A DNA stretch of 64,000 bases, taken from NCBI RefSeq assembly GCF_009914755.1, contig NC_060925.1. One strand, given 5' to 3'. Every line of letters starts with the position of its first letter. The first letter of the stretch is position 1. Shown piece after piece: positions 60,398 through 64,000 of this stretch. A program made the translations under genes and the position numbers. The stretch comes from the human T2T-CHM13v2.0 reference genome, Homo sapiens. The notes beneath the pieces are model-generated. The model made no database searches, was not told the DNA's origin, and saw only the letters and a program-made list of their open reading frames with translations.

Positions 60398-64000
<3,603 letters not shown>

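Overview
Primate, almost certainly human, repeat-rich intergenic DNA (Alu, L1PA, THE1, MER9, Tigger1). I found no spliced protein-coding gene, tRNA, rRNA, snRNA or CRISPR array. The recognisable gene-derived content is two minus-strand processed pseudogenes: SERF2 (~143-654) and a 5'-truncated LARP7 (~46832-47414). A near full-length L1PA6-like LINE-1 starts at 58323 and runs off the window end. It has dead ORF1/ORF2, an open antisense ORF0, and a MER9 solo LTR inserted between the endonuclease and RT regions. Other elements: a young 5'-truncated L1PA2/3 with perfect TSDs, a near full-length Tigger1, several hAT MITEs, MaLR solo LTRs, over 20 Alu elements, and a ~10 kb nest of old L1 at 33.6-43.5 kb. 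Unique stretches (about 7-16 kb, 20.4-21.5 kb, 49-51 kb, 55-57 kb) hold transcription-factor motif clusters that may be enhancers. From memory only (unverified), this pseudogene pair fits the FMOD-PRELP interval on 1q32.1. The best leads are a possible LARP7-mRNA/L1 template-switch chimera, an LTR just upstream of an intact RT-only ORF, an intact ORF0, an old Alu that kept its CpGs, and a 34-bp-spaced inverted Alu pair. I see no convincing evidence of a wholly new biological system. Repeat subfamily calls come from recalled consensus sequences and need RepeatMasker/Dfam confirmation.
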